Source: Octopus sinensis
Lineage: Eukaryota
Assembly (NCBI RefSeq): GCF_006345805.1
Contig: NC_043020.1
Location: 14,756,001-14,820,000, forward strand
Length of the DNA: 64,000 nucleotides
Reading direction: 5' to 3'
Position numbers and translations under genes: made by a program. Every line of letters begins with the position of its first letter. Position 1 is the stretch's first letter. Shown here piece after piece: positions 60,001 through 64,000 of the stretch. A model generated the notes under the pieces. The model did not search any database and was not told the origin of the DNA. It was given only the letters and a program-made list of their open reading frames with translations.

Positions 60001-62386
60001 TCTACTACCTCTAAGGATCCTCCTGGGCATTTAAGGAAATTTACTTTTGATGTGTTCTTAGTTTTTATTGCTCCTGCACATCTGCCACAGACAAGACTTC
60101 TTTCTCTGTTACTCTTCCAGTGGCTCCAATACCATATACATAGCCCTTTGATTCCCAGTTTTACTTTCACACCAGAAATTTTTATCTAATCCTGCTACCA
60201 TTTCAGCTAACAGAACAAGGTTATCAGCATATCTGGATACACTGTATGGAATTACTACCTACATCTTTTCTACAAATCAAATACTGCCATTCTCCTGAAG
60301 GGATAAATATACTGTTTTGCTGCTTACTAGGATTTTGGTCTTTTCTAAATTCAAGACCCTTTGATTCCAAGCTTTACTTTCATACCTGAAATTTTTATCT
60401 AATTCTGCTACCATTTCAGCTAATAGAACAAGGTTATCAGCATATAGAAGTTCCTATGAGTAACAGTCTCAAAAACCTGTTATAGCCTGGAGAACAATAA
60501 TAAGGTGACTGAGAGCTGAGCTCCAGCTTGCACACTAAAGTCATCACCATACTCATTGTTAATTGTTAGCCTGCTGACAGAATCCTTGTACATGGCTTGG
60601 ACACCTATCATCAGCCAATTACCTGTTCCTAGCTTCTGCAGCAACCACCAGATCAGGGAGGCTTTCTCCAGTTGACAAAAGTCAAGTACAGCAGTTTACT
60701 TTTGGCTACTCTTTTTACTCTTTTACTTGTTTCAGTCACTTGACTGCGGCCATGCCGGAGCACCGCCTTTAGTCGAGCAACTCGACCCTGGGACTTATTC
60801 TTTGTAAGCCCAGTACTTATTCTATCGGTCTCTTTTGCTGAACCGCTAAGTGACGGGGACATAAACACACCAGCATCGGTTGTCAAGCAATGCTAGGGGG
60901 ACAAACACAAACATACAGGCACACACACACATATATATATATACATATATACGACGGGCTTCTTTCAGTTTCTGTCTTCCAAATCCACTCACAAGGCTTT
61001 GGTCGGCCCGAGGCTATAGTAGAAGACACTTGCCCAAGGTGCCATGCAGTGGGACTGAACCTGGAACCATGTGGTTGGTAAGCAAGCTACTTACCACACA
61101 GCCACTCCTGGCTAAATATTTTGTTTATTAGAAGAGCGTCAGTGGTACTTCTTCCTAGCACAAAATTGAACTGTATCTCAGCCAATCTAATTCTCTTCCT
61201 AAAAAGGAACACCATAACTCCTTCAGAAGCTTTCAAGACCTGGTTCAGCAATTTGATACCTTTGTAATTACTTCTCACTAAAGCCTTACCTTTACTCTTG
61301 AAACAGTTTAATTATAATGTTGCTACACCATTTGCTGGGCATATATTTCTGTACAACCTGATTAACTATACAAGTGATTAGGCCAAAGACTATCAATACA
61401 TCAATCTAGATAAAACATAACTGGACTACCTCACTGTGTATAAACTGCATGGACTTATATACAACACAATTAAATACTACATTGCAAAATGTGAACTGAG
61501 ATTCAAAACCTATTCTAGATACCAAAGATGTGAATTACTTCAAAACATTTAAATTGCTATTTCTACCATATCCCTTTAGCATTCAGATCACTCTGTCAAA
61601 TGTAATCTTTTTTATTTACATTGTTTTAGATTCATCATACATTATCTCATAGCTTTGCGAAATCAATGATGTCATTGCATATTTTTAGGATGACATGGTA
61701 GGGCTAGGTGTGACAGTCTGGATCTGACTGGTTTGAATAGGTAGAATATTTGGGATGGTTTAAATGCTAATGGGTTAAATTTGATTAAGGGTTGAATGAA
61801 TCTTCTTAATGAATAGTAAATAATTAGTATTTTTTTATTTACTTGTTTCAGTCAGTTGACTGCGGCCATGCTGGAGCACTGCCTTTAGTCGAGCAACTCG
61901 ACCCCAGGACTTATTCTTTGTAAGCCCAGTACTTATTCTATCGGTCTCTTTTGCCGAACCGCTAAGTGACGGGGGACATAAACACACCAGCATCGGTTGT
62001 CAAGCAATGCTAGGGGGACAAACACAGACACACAAACATATACACACACATACATATATATATACGACAGGCTTTTTTCAGTTTCCGTCTACCAAATCCA
62101 CTCACAAGGCTTTGGTCGGCCCGAGGCTATAGTAGAAGACACTTGCCCAAGGTGCCACGCAGTGGGACTGAACCCGGAACCATGTGGTTGGTAAGCAAGC
62201 TACTTACCACACAGCCACTCCTGCGCCCGTATCTTCATCATTTTATAAGGATCAGTGATTGAGAATTGGAAAAGACAAAAGATGCTGTTATACTTACTCT
62301 GTAACACGAGGGTCAAGGTTACCAATCCATAGTCTGCACTGGTCGGCAGCATTAGGATCTTGAGGTGGTGCTGGGAGATAAGTTGG
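53188..62386 (-). CDS. RBM18: RNA-binding motif protein 18, 5'-partial: complement(join(53188..53374,54410..54492,57286..57372,58784..58910,62298..62386)); 573 nt = 190 aa plus a missing N-terminal exon
   Basis: GT-AG introns with matching phases. Translation PTYLPAPPQDPNAADQCRLWIGNLDPRVTEFALLKILQKFGNLLKFDLMYHKSGPDQGKHRGYCFATYENKEEASYACQCLDGKLLLSKNLSVKLAHSDKDQNIGLPLTVKVLKEDAKLSNIDSNSGLSRESKIRAIEAKLRAMEETQKDFTYSLAPAAAPGTSKWCSSQMATTRKPQNTKPYRRTFSKR* gives a single RRM plus the KIxAIEAKL motif and PY.R C-terminus characteristic of RBM18. An in-frame TAA upstream of the 62386 acceptor means another exon is required. Confidence 0.95.
53847..54265 (+). mobile_element. SINE family A (tRNA-like head, internal TA/TG microsatellite), representative full copy
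   Basis: Head ggcgcaggagtggctgtgtgg, B-box-like gggttcagtccc, tail aaaagagt. Other approximate copies: 660-1070(-), 10310-10515(-), 12260-12400(-), 13050-13450(-), 14365-14950(-), 25480-25770(+), 27280-27685(+), 28650-29000(-), 30350-30550(+), 38605-39005(+), 47960-48290(-), 49140-49615(+), 60705-61090(-), 61835-62228(-), 62535-62938(-). Confidence 0.92.
54410..54492 (-). CDS. RBM18: RBM18 exon (QNIGLPLTVKVLKEDAKLSNIDSNSGL-S), 83 nt
   Basis: Acceptor cttttatcttttttattgcag, donor AG|gttagt; its phase bridges the neighbouring exons exactly. Confidence 0.88.
54667..54888. mobile_element. piggyBac-type MITE (TTAA|CCCT...AGGG|TTAA); related decayed copies at ~29020-29260, 41880-42110, 42920-43142, 45212-45440, 57690-57900 and 61570-61780
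   Basis: TTAA at 54663-66 and 54889-92; CCCT/AGGG termini. Confidence 0.75.
56385..56850 (+). mobile_element. SINE-like family C with (GAT)n tail and internal ~60-bp tandem units, representative full copy
   Basis: Core ggcgttaggaagggcatccagc...ccatgctagcatggaaagcggacg-(gat)n. Other approximate copies: 240-470(-), 1800-2140(+), 2180-2378(+), 10125-10258(+), 14610-14790(-), 22945-23250(-), 32110-32570(-), 32910-33055(-), 33655-33810(-), 49422-49515(-), 50160-50520(-), 50860-51115(+), 51465-51695(+), 54890-55025(+). This family is the source of the recurrent [12 protein letters not shown] and MGWTVQ ORFs. Confidence 0.92.
57286..57372 (-). CDS. RBM18: RBM18 exon (EASYACQCLDGKLLLSKNLSVKLAHSDKD), 87 nt
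   Basis: Acceptor tttactttcag, donor GAT|gtatgt. Confidence 0.95.
58784..58910 (-). CDS. RBM18: RBM18 exon (FALLKILQKFG...RGYCFATYENKE), 127 nt, RNP1
   Basis: Acceptor tacctttcag, donor GAG|gtgaga. Confidence 0.96.
59940..61310 (-). mobile_element. RTE-clade RT remnant in an RBM18 intron, with an ~88-bp internal duplication (60143-60232 / 60357-60447) and a SINE insertion
   Basis: YADNLVLLAE (YADD-like) twice; ...CLRCAGAI...LEVVDSFCYLGDLISIGGG; RGIKLL..VLK..E...GRSTTDA. Confidence 0.75.
62298..62386 (-). CDS. RBM18: RBM18 exon (PTYL...RLWIGNLDPRVT-E), 89 nt, RNP2
   Basis: Acceptor ttttgctcttgcag, donor GA|gtaagt. Confidence 0.95.
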
Positions 62387-64000
62387 CTGCAAGAGCAAAA
62401 TATAAGATTACATAGTGTTCACAACTTGGTAGACAACATTTTAAAACTAAAATGTAGAAGAATAAGGATCTGCACTTGTGAACGAGGAAGTTATTGTCTT
62501 TGATCCAAATCCGAATTAAACAAAATAACAATCACTTTACTCTTTACTCTTTTACTTGTTTCAGTCATTTGACTGCGGCCATGCTGGAGCACCGCCTTTA
62601 GTCGAGCAAATCGCCCCCGGGACTTATTCTTTTGTAAGCCCAGTACTTATTTTATCGGTCTCTTTTGCCGAACCGCTAAGTGACGGGGACGTAAACACAC
62701 CAGCATCGGTCGTCAAGCAATGCTAGGGGGACAGACACACAAACACACACATGCATATACATATATACATATATACGACAGGCTTCTTTCAGTTTCTGTC
62801 TACCAAATCCACTCACAAGGCATTGGTCGGCCTGGGGCTATAGCAGAAGACACTTGCCCAAGATGCCACGCAGTGGGACTGAACCCGGAACCATGTGGTT
62901 GGTTAGCAAGCTACTTACCACACAGCCACTCATGCGCCTAGCTATGTTCCTTTACACAAACACAAAATTTTTCAGATATCTAGAGTCATTTTATGGTGAA
63001 CTTATTTACTTTGTGATGTTTAGGAAATGCTTATTTTTATGCCAGGAATGTAAATAAAATTTTAAATATTTATTTGTCAAAACCAGCCCATTTTATTTCC
63101 AAAATTATTATATATATTTTCATCATTTGTAAAGGAGTGGCAACATCTATTTCTGAAGACTGTTATGCATTTTCCTATTTTAGTTATGTTCTGAGTTTAA
63201 AGACTACTTTCATCTTTTCACCAGAATGGTTAAAATAATTATCAATCAAGTATCAGGAAAATTATATTAACTACACCCCTCTAACATCATTATTTGGGCC
63301 AGAATTTGAAACCATTAAGGTGTCGAACTTGGAGAATCGTTAGCCCGCCGGGCAGAATGCTTAGCGGCATTTCGTCCGTCTTCACGTTCCGAGTTCAAAT
63401 TCTGCTGAGGTCGACTATGCCTTTCACTCTTTTGGAGTCGATAAACTAAATACCTATTTCTTTATTACCCACAAGGAGCTAAACAAGGACAGACACAGGT
63501 ATTAAAGTCGATTACATCGACCCCAGTGCGTAACTGGTACTTAATTTATCGACCCCGAAAGGATGAAAAGCAAGAAGTTGATATAATCGACTTGCCCCCA
63601 TCCCGAAATTGCTAGCCTTGTGCCAAAACTTGAAACTATTATGACATTATTATTAATGGCTTAAATTTTGGGACACGTCTAGCAATTTAGGAGGGGGTAA
63701 ATCGATTACAACAACCCCCAATACTTGACTGGTACTATATCTTGTTGACTCCGAAAGGATGAGAGGCAAAATTGACCTCGGCGAGATTTGAACTCAGAAC
63801 GTAAAGAACCAAAAATGCTGCTAAATATTTGGTCCGGAGCTGATGATTCTGCCAGTTCATCGCCTTAATAACAACAACAACAATAATAATTAATAAAATA
63901 TGAGTCAGGACTTCAAGCATTAATTAATTAAAGCAGTGAGTAGAGAGTGATTTTTTTTTTAATTTAAAGTTTCTACCCCAGCAGCCTATTACTGGGATAA

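Noticed and set aside
62387-64000. Search for the RBM18 start-codon exon
   Set aside because: No ATG-containing exon with a phase-0 donor could be supported; the region is mostly SINEs, so the exon probably lies beyond the window.

Overview
Eukaryotic, AT-rich, repeat-saturated genomic DNA. The SINE, MITE and microsatellite landscape looks like an octopod cephalopod (probably Octopus); this is an inference from repeat style, not a database hit. I reconstructed two spliced housekeeping genes by hand, both on the minus strand and in tandem. (1) A complete 8-exon proteasome beta-2 subunit gene (PSMB7; CDS 46896->32742, 275 aa, Thr1/Asp17/Lys33 intact) with an ETS/YY1-type TATA-less promoter. (2) Five coding exons of RBM18 (62386->53188; RRM with RNP2 LWIGNL and RNP1 RGYCFATY), whose start exon I could not find and which probably lies beyond the window end. 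The first ~32.6 kb has no exon I can assign to a known protein. It consists of SINEs (at least four families), CR1/RTE/RLE LINE remnants, mariner/Tc1/hAT/pogo/piggyBac-type/Helitron remnants and very long microsatellites, which explain nearly all long ORFs in the supplied track. No rRNA, true tRNA or CRISPR array is supported. The best leads are RNA-level. They are a ~400-bp non-autonomous RTE-derived element with a structured 5' domain, a minimal hammerhead ribozyme in a Penelope-like remnant, a part-identical duplicated stem-loop module flanking the catalytic exon of PSMB7, an H/ACA-like candidate in PSMB7 intron 7, and a CpG island with colinear inverted segments ending in poly-T. PSMB7-RBM18 adjacency also echoes their linkage on human 9q33. 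None is proven; all folds were done by eye.
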